Source of the DNA: Nemertoderma westbladi
Lineage: Eukaryota > Animalia > Xenacoelomorpha
DNA: 64,000 nt
Assembly (NCBI GenBank): GCA_032718475.1
Contig: JAUCBJ010006622.1
Location: forward strand, 1 to 64,000
Direction: 5' to 3'
In this document: piece after piece, positions 35,929 through 46,345 of the stretch
How positions within the stretch are numbered: the first letter of the stretch is position 1
Layout of the letters: each line of letters begins with the position of its first letter
Translations under genes and position numbers: made by a program
The notes under the pieces: generated by a model
Told to the model about the DNA's origin: nothing
Seen by the model: the letters and a program-made list of their open reading frames with translations, nothing else
Database searches by the model: none

Positions 35929-38900
35929 CCGAGGTCGTGGGATCCACAGAGGAGTTGAATGGCGCCGAACCGTCTACAGCGCCGCCAACAAGTGCAGCCT
36001 CGTCTACAGCGCCCCCGACCGGCGCTGCCTCGGATACAGCGCCCCTGACAGGCGCCGCCTCGTCTACCGCGCCCCTGACAGGCGCCGCCTCGGCTACAGT
36101 GCCCCCGACAGGCGCCGCCACGTCTACAGCGCCACCGGCGGGCGCCACCTCGGCTACAGCGCCCCCGACAGGCGCCGCCTCGTCTACTGCGCCCCCGACA
36201 GGCGCCGCCTCGGATACAGCGCCCCCAACAGCCGCCGCCTCGTCTACAGTGCCCGCGACAGGCGCCTCCTCGTCTACAGCGCCCCGAACTGGCGCCGCCT
36301 CGATTACAGCGACCCCGACAGTTGCCTCCTCGTCCACAGTGTCCACGACAGGCGCCGCCTTTCCTAGCCCACTATCTAAGTCCTGGCCCCCATGTAATAT
36401 TGCATCACAGAATTATGGGCTCCACGCGGACCCAGACGAACTCATGTTAAGAGCATTTGGCACCACACTTGTGGGCAAAGGGACCCCACCTGATGGGCTA
36501 ATGGATCAATGGCGACGGATAACCCAACTAAAAGGGTCTAAATATCGACTGCCCGGAGGCGCTATAGGGCGGGATGTAGTCTCGCTCTTGGACGCAGAGG
36601 CCAAGGCCTTTGTTTCCGGTCTGAACCATAATGCGACCAACGTTCGCTCCGAGAGACTACTACTAGCCGACTCCCTCATCCTACACCGCGATCCGAAGGT
36701 AACCAAGGCCGCAGACATACGACGGCTAATAAGCCGGAGGTTGGGGATGTGGCGCTCCAGCCAGGTAGAGATGTTGGTCGTTGAGGCTGAACGCTGCTCA
36801 CTGCGAATTGGCTCCAACAGGCGATCAACCACGAAGTCGAACCAGCAGGAAAAAGAACAGACTATTCGAATTTTCTCTAGGCTCATGATGGAAGGGAAGG
36901 TAAGGAGTGCTGTTCGCTGGGTCACGGGGCGTGAGACCGGTAGTGTTCTAGATCCGGAATCGGAAATCGAAGTAAACCAACAGCGGGTGAGAGTCCTTGA
37001 TGTTCTCAGCGAGAAGCATCCAGCAGCAGCTGCACCCAAAGCCGAGGCCTTATTAGTGTGTGATGATGAGTTGCCACTTCGGGTTGATGTCGAGATCACA
37101 GCTGCGCACATAGAATCGACAGCGCGGCGACTGAAAGGGAGTGGTGGGCCAGCCGGCAGCGACTCAACACGCTGGCGGGACTACCTTATCCGGTATGGGG
37201 CACATAGCCAGCGTTTACGCGAATCTATTGCCTCTATTGCGTGTTCACTTGCCAACAGTGTAGTGCCATGGGAATCAGTTCGGTCGCTGATGGCTAGCAG
37301 ACTTATTGCCCTCGATAAGTGCCCCGGGGTTAGGCCCATAGGCATAGGGGAGTGCCTCCGCCGAATCTTGGGTAGATCAATGGCAGAAGCAACTGGAGAT
37401 GATATCACCACTACGTGTGGCGCAGAGCAGTTATCTGCGGGCGTGATGGCAGGTGTGGAGGCCGGGGTACATTCAATGCGCTCAGTCTTCGACGAACATA
37501 GTGAGGATGGATGGGGCATTATTATGGTTGATGCAGCTAATGCCTTCAACTCGCTGAACCGAGTCGCAGCCTTGTGGAACGTCAGGCAGCTGTGGCCTCG
37601 ATGTTCAATGTTTCTCTTCAACTGTTACCGTGGACACAGCATTCTGACAATAAAGGGAACCGATGCTGTGCTGTTCAGCGAAGAGGGTGTAACACAAGGA
37701 GATCCTTTAGCTATGCCTTTTTACGCTTCAGGCATCCTCCCTTTAATCCACGAGTTGCCATCACTTAAGGTTCGCCAAAGTTGGTTCGCTGACGACTCTT
37801 CTGGTGCCGGAAAGCTCCAGGATATTCTCGAGTGGTACGAGCACTTACTTCGTCTGGGCCCCGCTCTCGGATATTACCCTCAGTCCGCCAAGAGCTTTCT
37901 CGTTGTGGCTCCAGAGTTTCTGGAGGAAGCCCAAAGTGTATTCGCCGAGCACAATATTAACATCGTTACAGGACACCGATTTCTGGGCGGGTTTATTGGT
38001 AGCGAGTCGGAGTGTGTGAAGTATGTCGGCGCCAAAATCGCATCCTGGGTAGCCTCAGTTGACAAGATGGCCGAGGTGGTGGAGGCCCAACCCCACGCTG
38101 CTTTCTCAGCCGTAGTTTGCTCACTCCAACGGGAGTGGGCATACCTCCAACGCGTTGTCCCAGACTGCAGCAGTCAGTTCGATGTGCTAGAGGAAGCGAT
38201 CAGCGATAGGTTCCTGCCGGCAGTCTTCGATGGGCGAATTTCGCAACCAGAACTCAAGTTGTTTGCCCTGTCTCCGCGAATGGGTGGTCTGGGGTTGCGG
38301 AACCCGGTTAACGAGGCCGATACCAACTTTGCTGTATCAGAACTTGGGACACAGTCGCTGGTGAACGCGATCGCCGGGAAGGAGCCATTCTCCTTAGCCA
38401 CCCACCTGAAGTGCATGGAGGGAGCGCGCATGACATCTCGGAAAGAGAGGCAGGGTATGGAGAAAGCCCAGCAGGAGGAAGCGTTGGAAGGAATGGCGGA
38501 GCACCAGCGTGTCGCTGTCCAACGGGCGGCGGAGTTCAGGACCGGTGGCTGGCTATCCTCTCTTCCGGTAGCCGAACACCAGTTTGACCTCTCACCCCGG
38601 GAGTTTAGGGACGCTGTGGCTGTCCGGTATGGTAGACCCCTCGTAGGTGTCCCTTGCAGATGCGACGGTTGTGGCGCTGGGTTTGATCTCAACCACGGGT
38701 TGAATTGTAAGAAGGGTGGTCTAGTGATTCAGCGTCACAACGAGCTCCGCGACGCAGTCGGTGACCTCGCGGCCCTGGCATTTGGACCACGAAACGTTAT
38801 GCTCGAGCCAGTGGTCCGCGAGCAGCACGAGGATGGCGGCGGGGCTGGTCTGCGATGCGATGTCGGCATTAGGGGAGCGTTCAGTACCCAGACACAGGCG

Positions 38901-39281
38901 TTGATTGACATACGTACAATTAACCTTGACGCCGTGTCTTATGCTGGGCGCTCCGTGAGGTCGGTATTGGAGTCGGCGGAAGAGGAGAAGAAACGCTTAT
39001 ATACAGCCGCAGTTTCCGCCCGCCGAGGTGATTTCTCCCCTTTCGTCGCCTCATGCGACGGCATACTGGCACCGCAGGCCAATAAGCTGTTGCGAATCAT
39101 CGCAGACCGCCTACACACCAACTGGGGGAAACCATACAGTTTGGTAATGGGGTGGGTGCGCGTACGCATATCGTTCGCGATAATCCGCGGCACTTCCCAT
39201 TGCCTGCGAGGGTCGCGGGTGAGATGGCGAAGTGGTTTGGGGCTTGAGGACGGCGCCGGGATACCAGGGGGCTTTGCTTAG
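35925..39281 (+). CDS. CRE RT + restriction-like endonuclease
   Basis: ALDKCPGVRPIGIGE, DAANAFNSLNR, EGVTQGDPL, WFADD, CDGC...H..NC, RHNELRD, RCD...D, E..K..Y, PFV. Confidence 0.93.
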   Translation: MTEVVGSTEELNGAEPSTAPPTSAASSTAPPTGAASDTAPLTGAASSTAPLTGAASATVPPTGAATSTAPPAGATSATAPPTGAASSTAPPTGAASDTAPPTAAASSTVPATGASSSTAPRTGAASITATPTVASSSTVSTTGAAFPSPLSKSWPPCNIASQNYGLHADPDELMLRAFGTTLVGKGTPPDGLMDQWRRITQLKGSKYRLPGGAIGRDVVSLLDAEAKAFVSGLNHNATNVRSERLLLADSLILHRDPKVTKAADIRRLISRRLGMWRSSQVEMLVVEAERCSLRIGSNRRSTTKSNQQEKEQTIRIFSRLMMEGKVRSAVRWVTGRETGSVLDPESEIEVNQQRVRVLDVLSEKHPAAAAPKAEALLVCDDELPLRVDVEITAAHIESTARRLKGSGGPAGSDSTRWRDYLIRYGAHSQRLRESIASIACSLANSVVPWESVRSLMASRLIALDKCPGVRPIGIGECLRRILGRSMAEATGDDITTTCGAEQLSAGVMAGVEAGVHSMRSVFDEHSEDGWGIIMVDAANAFNSLNRVAALWNVRQLWPRCSMFLFNCYRGHSILTIKGTDAVLFSEEGVTQGDPLAMPFYASGILPLIHELPSLKVRQSWFADDSSGAGKLQDILEWYEHLLRLGPALGYYPQSAKSFLVVAPEFLEEAQSVFAEHNINIVTGHRFLGGFIGSESECVKYVGAKIASWVASVDKMAEVVEAQPHAAFSAVVCSLQREWAYLQRVVPDCSSQFDVLEEAISDRFLPAVFDGRISQPELKLFALSPRMGGLGLRNPVNEADTNFAVSELGTQSLVNAIAGKEPFSLATHLKCMEGARMTSRKERQGMEKAQQEEALEGMAEHQRVAVQRAAEFRTGGWLSSLPVAEHQFDLSPREFRDAVAVRYGRPLVGVPCRCDGCGAGFDLNHGLNCKKGGLVIQRHNELRDAVGDLAALAFGPRNVMLEPVVREQHEDGGGAGLRCDVGIRGAFSTQTQALIDIRTINLDAVSYAGRSVRSVLESAEEEKKRLYTAAVSARRGDFSPFVASCDGILAPQANKLLRIIADRLHTNWGKPYSLVMGWVRVRISFAIIRGTSHCLRGSRVRWRSGLGLEDGAGIPGGFA
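35971..36360 (+). repeat. Coding 30-bp minisatellite (~13 units; SSTAPPTGAA)
   Basis: cgtctacagcgcccccgacaggcgccgcct with 30-bp period. Confidence 0.92.
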
Positions 39282-40662
39282 AGTGTTTGATCGATTATGC
39301 GGGGACTGGTATGGTATATTACATAATTATTGCTCATTGTAACTGTGTAATGGAGTTGTTACCATCTGTACTACATGCAATATGCTATTGATCATTTAGT
39401 GCGTTTTTGCGAAAATATATAGTAGACCCGGTGGTAGATTTAGACATTGAGGGATCTACTGGATATTTTTTAATATGTGATTTAAATTATCCCAAGGCTA
39501 TTCACGATCAAACATTACAATTACCGTTAGCCCCCGAGCATTTAAGTATAAATGAATCAATGCTTTCACCTTATATGCGGGAACAATTTAATAACTTGTC
39601 AATACAAAGAGATACCTCCCGTAAATATAGAATGTCTATACCAAAACTCATGCTGACACAATTTGATAAAGAGTTTTATCATTTACATTTGAAACTGTTA
39701 AAATTTTATATAAAACATGGATTAATTGTTACTAAACTACATAAATTATATTCTTTTCAACAAGAATTTGTATTTAAAAATTACATCGATTTTAATATTA
39801 ATCAAAGGCGACTGGCAAAAAGTTACATTGAAACAGCTGTCGCGAAATTGCTCAATAATTCGCTGTTTGGCAAATCAATAGAAAAGATAAGAGATCGATG
39901 TAACTTTCGTATCGCAAATAGCAACGATAAATGCGATCAATTGGTAAATCGTATTAATCATGAACAATTTATAATATACAATAATACACTATCGGGACAT
40001 TTATTAGTGAAAGACTCTGTAACTCTCGATAAGCCTATATTTATTGGTAGCACTGTGTTGGACTTGGCTAAATTGGATATGTATGATCTGTATTACAATA
40101 AATTGCTACCTATTGAGAAAGAATTAAACTGCCGTATTGAAATTGCTGCATCAGACACTGACTCTTTGATAGGTTGTTACTATAATACATCGCAGAATAA
40201 TTTTTTAAAAGCATTAATTAAAAATAATATTTTAGATACATCCAATTACCCTAAGGATCACCCGCTCTACAGCGATAAAAATAAATCCAGACTCTATTAC
40301 TGTAAAGACGAACTAGCCTCACGTGAAATTAAACAAGCAGTATTTTTAAGACCAAAATTATATTCAATTTTGGAATGGAATAATAAAAATATTCGTAGAG
40401 CAAAGGTATTACAAGAGCTGTTGTGGAAACGAATATTACACATGAAGAATATTTAAAAGCATATAACTCAAATGAAGAAATAAAAAAAACATACACAGAT
40501 TTCAATCTAAATTACATCGTATTTATACCTTAAAGCAAAATAAATTTGCACTCAGTAGCTTTGATGATAAACTTTATTGGCTTAATAAAAATCAATCGCT
40601 TCCTTGGGGGCACTATAAAACAAACCTCAAAAAACCTATAAAAATATCAAATATACCAATTT

Positions 40663-41244
40663 ATGAAGAACCAAAAGACGACGGTGTTGATGATGAATTA
40701 TCAAATAGTAAATAAAAATATAAGTTGTAAGCAGATTATTTATGGACTTAATTTGAAAGAATTAAAAAAGCAATTGAATGGTAAAATTGTACTCAAACCT
40801 AATCAGTTTATATATAAGGTATTTGGTGCAACCATATTAATGTTTACAAATGGACGAATAATAATTCTCGGTAGAAAATATAATTTTAATAAAGTGAAAA
40901 AACATATATTAGAAAAAACAAACATTAATTTGATTTTTAAATCAATCAATTTGTGTACTTATATTTTTAGTATCGATACTGTAATTTATAGGTTACTTAT
41001 AAATAATATCGGGTTTTATGTTATATTTGATAATGTTAAACTAGAAATTTCATACGACCCTGAAATATTCAATAACTGTAAAGTCAGAATAAATAATATT
41101 GTTGTTGTTTGCTGTTTCTACACTGGTAAATGTACATTAATGTGTTCCCCGTTTAAATTTCATATATATTATCCTATTTTCAACAAGCTGGTTAATAATT
41201 TATTATTGTTTGGTGTGGGGGTTTTTGATGTAAAATATAATTAG
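40663..41244 (+). CDS. TATA-box-binding protein (TBP)-like protein
   Basis: Two TBP-like half repeats: LNLKEL...KPNQFIYK...ATILMFTNGRIIILG and ISYDPEIFN...V..FYTGKCTL; size matches a bare TBP core; true start may be the ATG at ~40690. Confidence 0.7.
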   Translation: MKNQKTTVLMMNYQIVNKNISCKQIIYGLNLKELKKQLNGKIVLKPNQFIYKVFGATILMFTNGRIIILGRKYNFNKVKKHILEKTNINLIFKSINLCTYIFSIDTVIYRLLINNIGFYVIFDNVKLEISYDPEIFNNCKVRINNIVVVCCFYTGKCTLMCSPFKFHIYYPIFNKLVNNLLLFGVGVFDVKYN

Positions 41245-41879
41245 TACCGGTACGAGTGAAATTTATTGTTGTTGTTGCTTTTTGGTGGTGGAGATTTTTA
41301 CTGTAAAATATATATATTAAATTGAAGGGAGAAGAAATTGATGAATATTTTTTTAAAATCAACAACTAGTTTGAGGGGGAAATTAACTTCAGTAGAGCGA
41401 TTGTTTCTTGTAACACTCAAGTAGACATAGTATACTCAGCAGCCGCGGCTAGCTAGCTAGCTAACTTGGCATTGTTGCTCACGAGTGAGCCACAATAGCG
41501 CATCTGTTACTTATGAGTGTGCGTGTGTACAGCAGGCAACGCTAAGCTCGGTGAGAAAAGATTAGGGGTATGTGCTGGTATTCATAGTCAAAGACGATGC
41601 CATCCTATCTGTTACTAGTCTGTATATCGGTACATATCATTAAAACATCCGCTATGCATCTCCCTACATTCAGAATAGAACAATGAACAGAGCATATATC
41701 GCTAATCCTCATGGGAAAGGTTTATGTTGTGCATTTTGTTAACTATGTGAATTTTGTAATGTACACATCTGCGACCCTCTACAAAAATATATATAAACTC
41801 AATTTTTCTAACAGTGAACTATAATTTTGTTTCCCTACTGTAAAATAAATACCGGTATAGACTAGGCTTAAGTTATCTT

Positions 41880-42299
41880 CATATTTGAAAAACTAACCTT
41901 AACAAACTTCAGTTCCGACAACCAACATCTAAGATGGCATTTTCTTTCATTGAAAATAGCAGCAGCGACTGTTTATTAAAATTTGATGTTGATGGAGACG
42001 ACCTTTACTTTACATCCTTAAATGTAACCGAATTACATTTAAAAAACAACAACGGAGAAATAACAATAATGGTTAAAAATAAAACCATGGGCAGCCAAGA
42101 TCACTAAGCCAGATTGACGACCAATAAAAACTTCAATTTAAACGTTAGAGTACAACCTGGAGCGACGCATCAGATATGCCTAGATAATTATAGTAGGGGA
42201 GAAAACTGGGATGAACATGAACATGAAGATATAGCCGCGGCAGCTCAAGTTCCAATACCAAATCTACTACTTCCCACCGATCCGAGAATACGTCAGTAG
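41880..42299 (+). pseudogene. Degenerate unknown Polinton ORF
   Basis: Frame ENSSSDCLLKFDVDG...SQDH*ARLTTNK...PRIRQ* is open for ~120 codons apart from one TAA; frameshift upstream. Confidence 0.3.
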
Positions 42300-43428
42300 A
42301 CTCGTCTGCTCGTACAGCAAGTAGACTCATAGGTCTATATAATTAGTCACGTCTGTTACGTAGAGGGCTAATGTGTGTTACCGGTATCAGTAGGTTTTTG
42401 TATTGTATTGTATTGTATATTTTATATTTTATATCTAATTAAAAAAAAAGCGAATACATAAATAAACTAACTATGTTTTATATAGGCCCCCGTCAACATA
42501 GAGTGAATGTTAGTAACAGAGAATGTGGTGGATTTTATATAGGCTTAGTTAGGTATACTGCGGGCCACACCTATTGTATCCGCGTGGAGCCATTATATGA
42601 CTGGTTGAATGATGGGGTTCCTGACTAAAAGTTAATGGTATAGCATACAACATAAAGTGAATGTTGAAAGTTAGTAACAGAGAGTGTGAGGGGATTTTAT
42701 AGGTCCAATAGCGCTACCAGTACCTAACTACACCTATTGTGTCTGTGAGGTAGTCAGCTTTCAGTTGAGGAGTAGTCATTAGGCCTATATGCCTAACCGA
42801 ATGAAGGTGTACCTTACCTATCCGTAAACCATATTGGGTCAACATGCGAAAAAGGGCCCCACATAAAGTTAACTATAGCTGTATAGGCTTACCTATGCAA
42901 CAGTAGCACGCAGTAATGTAGATTAGACCAATTAAAGTTGTAAACAGAAAATTGGAAACATTCAAGTGTAATAGCCTAATCCTTAAATCAAAGAAACCAG
43001 CATGCTCTTGCGCTATCCAAGTATACAGGTACAAGAGTGCTATGGTGCCGGTACCAGTAGGCCTATTGTTAGGTGGGCCTCCTCTAATGCTGTATTCACG
43101 AACCCGCATGTCGACTTAATTTAATTTTATTATTAGTAAGTACGGTACCGGTAACGCTAAAGCTCTGTGGTTGCTGTCGGGGGCCATTCTGCCGTTCTAC
43201 AGTTTAGCGTTGTTGGCATATGTAGTAAAATCAGCTAGCTACTGGTAGTTAAACTCTGATACAACCGCCGGCTACCGGTAGGTGCAGGGTGTTTGTGTGT
43301 GTGTGTAAACTTAAGCCCTACACCTTTAGTCAAACTGAGATATAAAAAATAGATTTTAATGTTTTTATTATTTTTATTGACATTAAAACAATTATATTAT
43401 CCCATCACATTACATGCTTAGAGTAAAC

Positions 43429-44028
43429 CTACAGTACATCTTCCACCGCAGTTATTTCTTTCTGTTTATCATCATCATCAGTCGCAGTTAAACGCTTTCT
43501 CATGAAAAAATGTAGCACCTCATACCCCCCAACGCGTTTTGCTGAGCAGTATCGCAGACAGTTATCCCTTATGTTTAAGTGGAACGTGCATTTACTTTCT
43601 ATTGTAGTGAATCGGTCGTGAAATCGACAAGGCGTTAAATAATCGTGATATTGCTTATATATTCCCAATTTCTCCACCGAATTTGGCTCGAGAACATCGA
43701 GTTGGGAAACTAATATTGCCTGCTTCAGCAACCCAAATACATGAATATTTTTTTTATATTTTAAATGTCTCTTCATATATTTTTTAAAGTCATCTTGAGA
43801 AATGTCCCCGTAGTCCCAGGGCAAGTGAGAAGTCATATCCCGTAAATTGTTTACGTGAGCTGCATCTAAAGCTGATAACTTAATATTAGACGGGCCTTTA
43901 ATTAAAAACGTCTTTACATTAGTTTTGGTGTAATTAGAATCGTATATAGCAAATTCTTTAAATACTACCGGATACTCCTTATTGTCTATCTTATAATATT
44001 GAAAATCAACAAAAATAATATTATCCAT
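43429..44028 (-). CDS. Polinton accessory protein, DEDD/RNase H-fold exonuclease-like
   Basis: IIFVDFQ...VFKEFAI...LPWDYGD...VFG..K...C.FH...CS pattern recalled from Polinton ORFs next to the protease. Confidence 0.55.
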   Translation of the reverse strand: MDNIIFVDFQYYKIDNKEYPVVFKEFAIYDSNYTKTNVKTFLIKGPSNIKLSALDAAHVNNLRDMTSHLPWDYGDISQDDFKKYMKRHLKYKKNIHVFGLLKQAILVSQLDVLEPNSVEKLGIYKQYHDYLTPCRFHDRFTTIESKCTFHLNIRDNCLRYCSAKRVGGYEVLHFFMRKRLTATDDDDKQKEITAVEDVL

Positions 44029-44063
44029 TTTATCTGATAAACAAAAGCAAGCTAAATGATTAA

Positions 44064-44516
44064 TTACAACGCATGTTGGTTTATTTTATAATAATTAACA
44101 AGCCATTTATATAATATTATTTCATTTATTTCCACATTATTTGTAAACGCTCTCATTGGATAGATTGTGTGAATACGATTTATCAAATAATACAGACAGT
44201 ACAGACCGCATGTGGTCCTCCTTGGGTCTTGAAATTGTTTGCGAGTAGTACGCCACCTTGCGGAATTTTTCTCAAGCCATTTTTCGATGCATCTGTTTGG
44301 ATATTTTGGTCCAAACGAGTCAAATACTTCGGCCTCATTATCTCGTATATATATCGCGATCCAATGAATCCCAGGCAGATGCTCTTTATCAGTATTTACT
44401 ATCAAGCCATAATCCTGCCGCTTATTATTATCTAATTTAGGTAATTTATTAGCTGGAAACGTGCCCAAATAGTGACCACCCACTGGAAACATATCAAGGT
44501 CCTCTGTAGATAACAT
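44064..44516 (-). CDS. Adenain-like cysteine (virion maturation) protease
   Basis: IVNTD..PGIHW, FDSFG, Q....TCGLYC (H/D/Q/C catalytic set). Confidence 0.93.
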   Translation of the reverse strand: MLSTEDLDMFPVGGHYLGTFPANKLPKLDNNKRQDYGLIVNTDKEHLPGIHWIAIYIRDNEAEVFDSFGPKYPNRCIEKWLEKNSARWRTTRKQFQDPRRTTCGLYCLYYLINRIHTIYPMRAFTNNVEINEIILYKWLVNYYKINQHAL

Positions 44517-44518
44517 AC

Positions 44519-45778
44519 TTAATCGATATGTATTTCTTTCCTGCTATTTAAACTTAATGATTGATCATAAATATTAAAAACGATTACATTTATGGTTTCA
44601 ACCAACGGTTCGGCAAATCTTAATTTTAATTGGCCGTTAGTATATATCGACGGTTGCGGATCTCTAACGTAGCCGTCGGTGGTTAGGTCCCAGGATAGGA
44701 TGGGACAATTACCTAAGTAGGTTTCATGGTCTATATTATTACCTCCATAACCGTTAATATATGTATTAATGTTCTTCATTAATTGAGTATACTCAAAAAT
44801 ATATGTTCCATCTGTAAAATTAGGTTCGTATATTACACCCCCTACTGGAAGACCGTCTACAATCAGTTCCGCGCGTCTAAGGTTAAAATGTTCAAATTTC
44901 AAGGGATTGCTAATTAATTCTCCCGAATAAGCGTTATTTGTTATGAAGCCAATAATAACTAATTTGGGTTTTTTACCATCAAATATGTTTGTTTGGGTGT
45001 AATTTGTGGTTTGAGCGGGAATAGTAAATGTTGTCACCTCCTTTTTTTGAAATTGATATTCAATATCGTAACTCTCTAAACCTTTTAGGTGACTGCTTTC
45101 TATTACTGGATTAACCTCCATTCTAGGGATTAGAATCTTTATTTCATCTAATTCTAACCGAAGATTTGTCATAGCGTTTGCGTTTTGAGTGATTTTAAAA
45201 ATAAACGAATTTGATACTTTTCTAAAATGCATTCTTAAATCATACCCGGGTTGTATTATTTTAGTTTCAGTATCAAAATCAATTGTCAATCCACTTACAA
45301 ATTGCATTTGTTTACTAAAGGCCTCGTCAATAGGATGCGCGCCGGGATCAATTTCATTTCCGTGTTCAGATAAAGGTTGATGAAAGCCACCCGCACCCAG
45401 TAGCCCATTTTTATCCTCGTAAGTTGTAAATAATAAATTGGATAAGTACGACTTGTAGAAATAATGGTTATTGCTATTTTCAACCTGCTTCTCATTAAGG
45501 TCTATTTTAATATCACTCCACATAGTTTCAGCGGGGTAATTCAGCATATAAATATGGGAGTTTTCAAGTCGTCTATCCCAGCGTACAGTACATTTTGTAA
45601 TTAATAACGCGTCTTGCAGTTTCGTATAGAATTCATTGGATCTCGGTACAAGGAACGTGACCTCCCTAGATTCACTTCTGAGATTAGATATGGGGTAAAT
45701 TGTTTCATAATGCTTTGCTTTAAATTCAGTCTGTATTGGCTGTGTAGAAAATAAATCTAATTCCTTAATAATTGACAT
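44519..45778 (-). CDS. Major capsid protein (double jelly-roll, PY)
   Basis: 419 aa; ELDLF...IQT, YPI, YKSYL..LL, NIF.G..PK.VIIGF....AYSG....NPLKFEHFNL, WDLT, L.L.FAEPL. Confidence 0.9.
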   Translation of the reverse strand: MSIIKELDLFSTQPIQTEFKAKHYETIYPISNLRSESREVTFLVPRSNEFYTKLQDALLITKCTVRWDRRLENSHIYMLNYPAETMWSDIKIDLNEKQVENSNNHYFYKSYLSNLLFTTYEDKNGLLGAGGFHQPLSEHGNEIDPGAHPIDEAFSKQMQFVSGLTIDFDTETKIIQPGYDLRMHFRKVSNSFIFKITQNANAMTNLRLELDEIKILIPRMEVNPVIESSHLKGLESYDIEYQFQKKEVTTFTIPAQTTNYTQTNIFDGKKPKLVIIGFITNNAYSGELISNPLKFEHFNLRRAELIVDGLPVGGVIYEPNFTDGTYIFEYTQLMKNINTYINGYGGNNIDHETYLGNCPILSWDLTTDGYVRDPQPSIYTNGQLKLRFAEPLVETINVIVFNIYDQSLSLNSRKEIHID

Positions 45779-45780
45779 TA

Positions 45781-46344
45781 TTAAAAAATACTTTTTTCGC
45801 AGTGTTTCAGTTTGCCCTTTATTTTTTTATTTTTATTACTACGTCGATGATGTATGTTCATAGACATTGGTCTAGCGGGTCGCTTTAAATCTCTATAAAC
45901 TTTTTCTACAACTGACCTTGTTGACGGTTTCATTTTATTTAATGCTTTATTAATAACCGTATTAGCCTGCTGATGTAAGACCCGCTTACCTTTTGGTATT
46001 ACGTGTTGTCTCATAAATTTTGTGGTAAATGGTAAAGCTTTCTGTAAAACTTTTTTAGCTAATGGCTTACCAAATTTTTTCAATGTCGATAAAGCGTCTG
46101 TAAATATACCTTCTCCGTGTTGATTTGCCTGTATACCTCTACGATAACGCTGAAAACGACGTTGTTTTAAGTTTGGACCAAATGTGCCAATTTGTTGGCC
46201 GTAAGGGTCAATATATGAACCACCTCGAAAAACAGGAACTTGCGTCGAACCTCTGGTACTTCTACCACCTTTAAAAACAGCAAGATTAGAGTCTGAACCA
46301 CCATATTGAGGTTTACTGTATCTTTGAAATAAATCAGAATCCAT
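45781..46344 (-). CDS. Basic core/membrane-lytic-type virion protein
   Basis: QYGG, FKGG, FRGG and QHGEGIF followed by an amphipathic basic helix; lies between penton and MCP. Confidence 0.65.
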   Translation of the reverse strand: MDSDLFQRYSKPQYGGSDSNLAVFKGGRSTRGSTQVPVFRGGSYIDPYGQQIGTFGPNLKQRRFQRYRRGIQANQHGEGIFTDALSTLKKFGKPLAKKVLQKALPFTTKFMRQHVIPKGKRVLHQQANTVINKALNKMKPSTRSVVEKVYRDLKRPARPMSMNIHHRRSNKNKKIKGKLKHCEKSIF

Positions 46345-46345
46345 T

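Larger units (their letters stand above)
35391..39400 (+). mobile_element. CRE-clade (RLE-type) non-LTR retrotransposon inserted in pPolB (boundaries approximate)
   Basis: GC-rich block splitting pPolB between DFNSLYSGNLSKKL and GYFLICDLNYP; no TSD found. Confidence 0.85.
32316..40715 (+). pseudogene. Protein-primed DNA polymerase B (pPolB) with N-terminal zinc fingers and endonuclease VII-like motif; disrupted
   Basis: GSGW, CFKWAI, YFDIEC (Exo I), HHSHITGKY..AC..CN, HNSNNYD, FLDTY, KGVFPYEY, IRGG, DFNSLY, KLLNNSLFGK, SDTDS, LRPKLYS, FDDK...LPWGH. Interrupted at 34084-34460 and ~35391-39400; frameshifts near 35035, 40403 and 40485. Confidence 0.93.

Noticed and set aside
35894-39193. Several antisense ORFs over the CRE element
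   Set aside because: Shadow ORFs of a GC-rich coding strand
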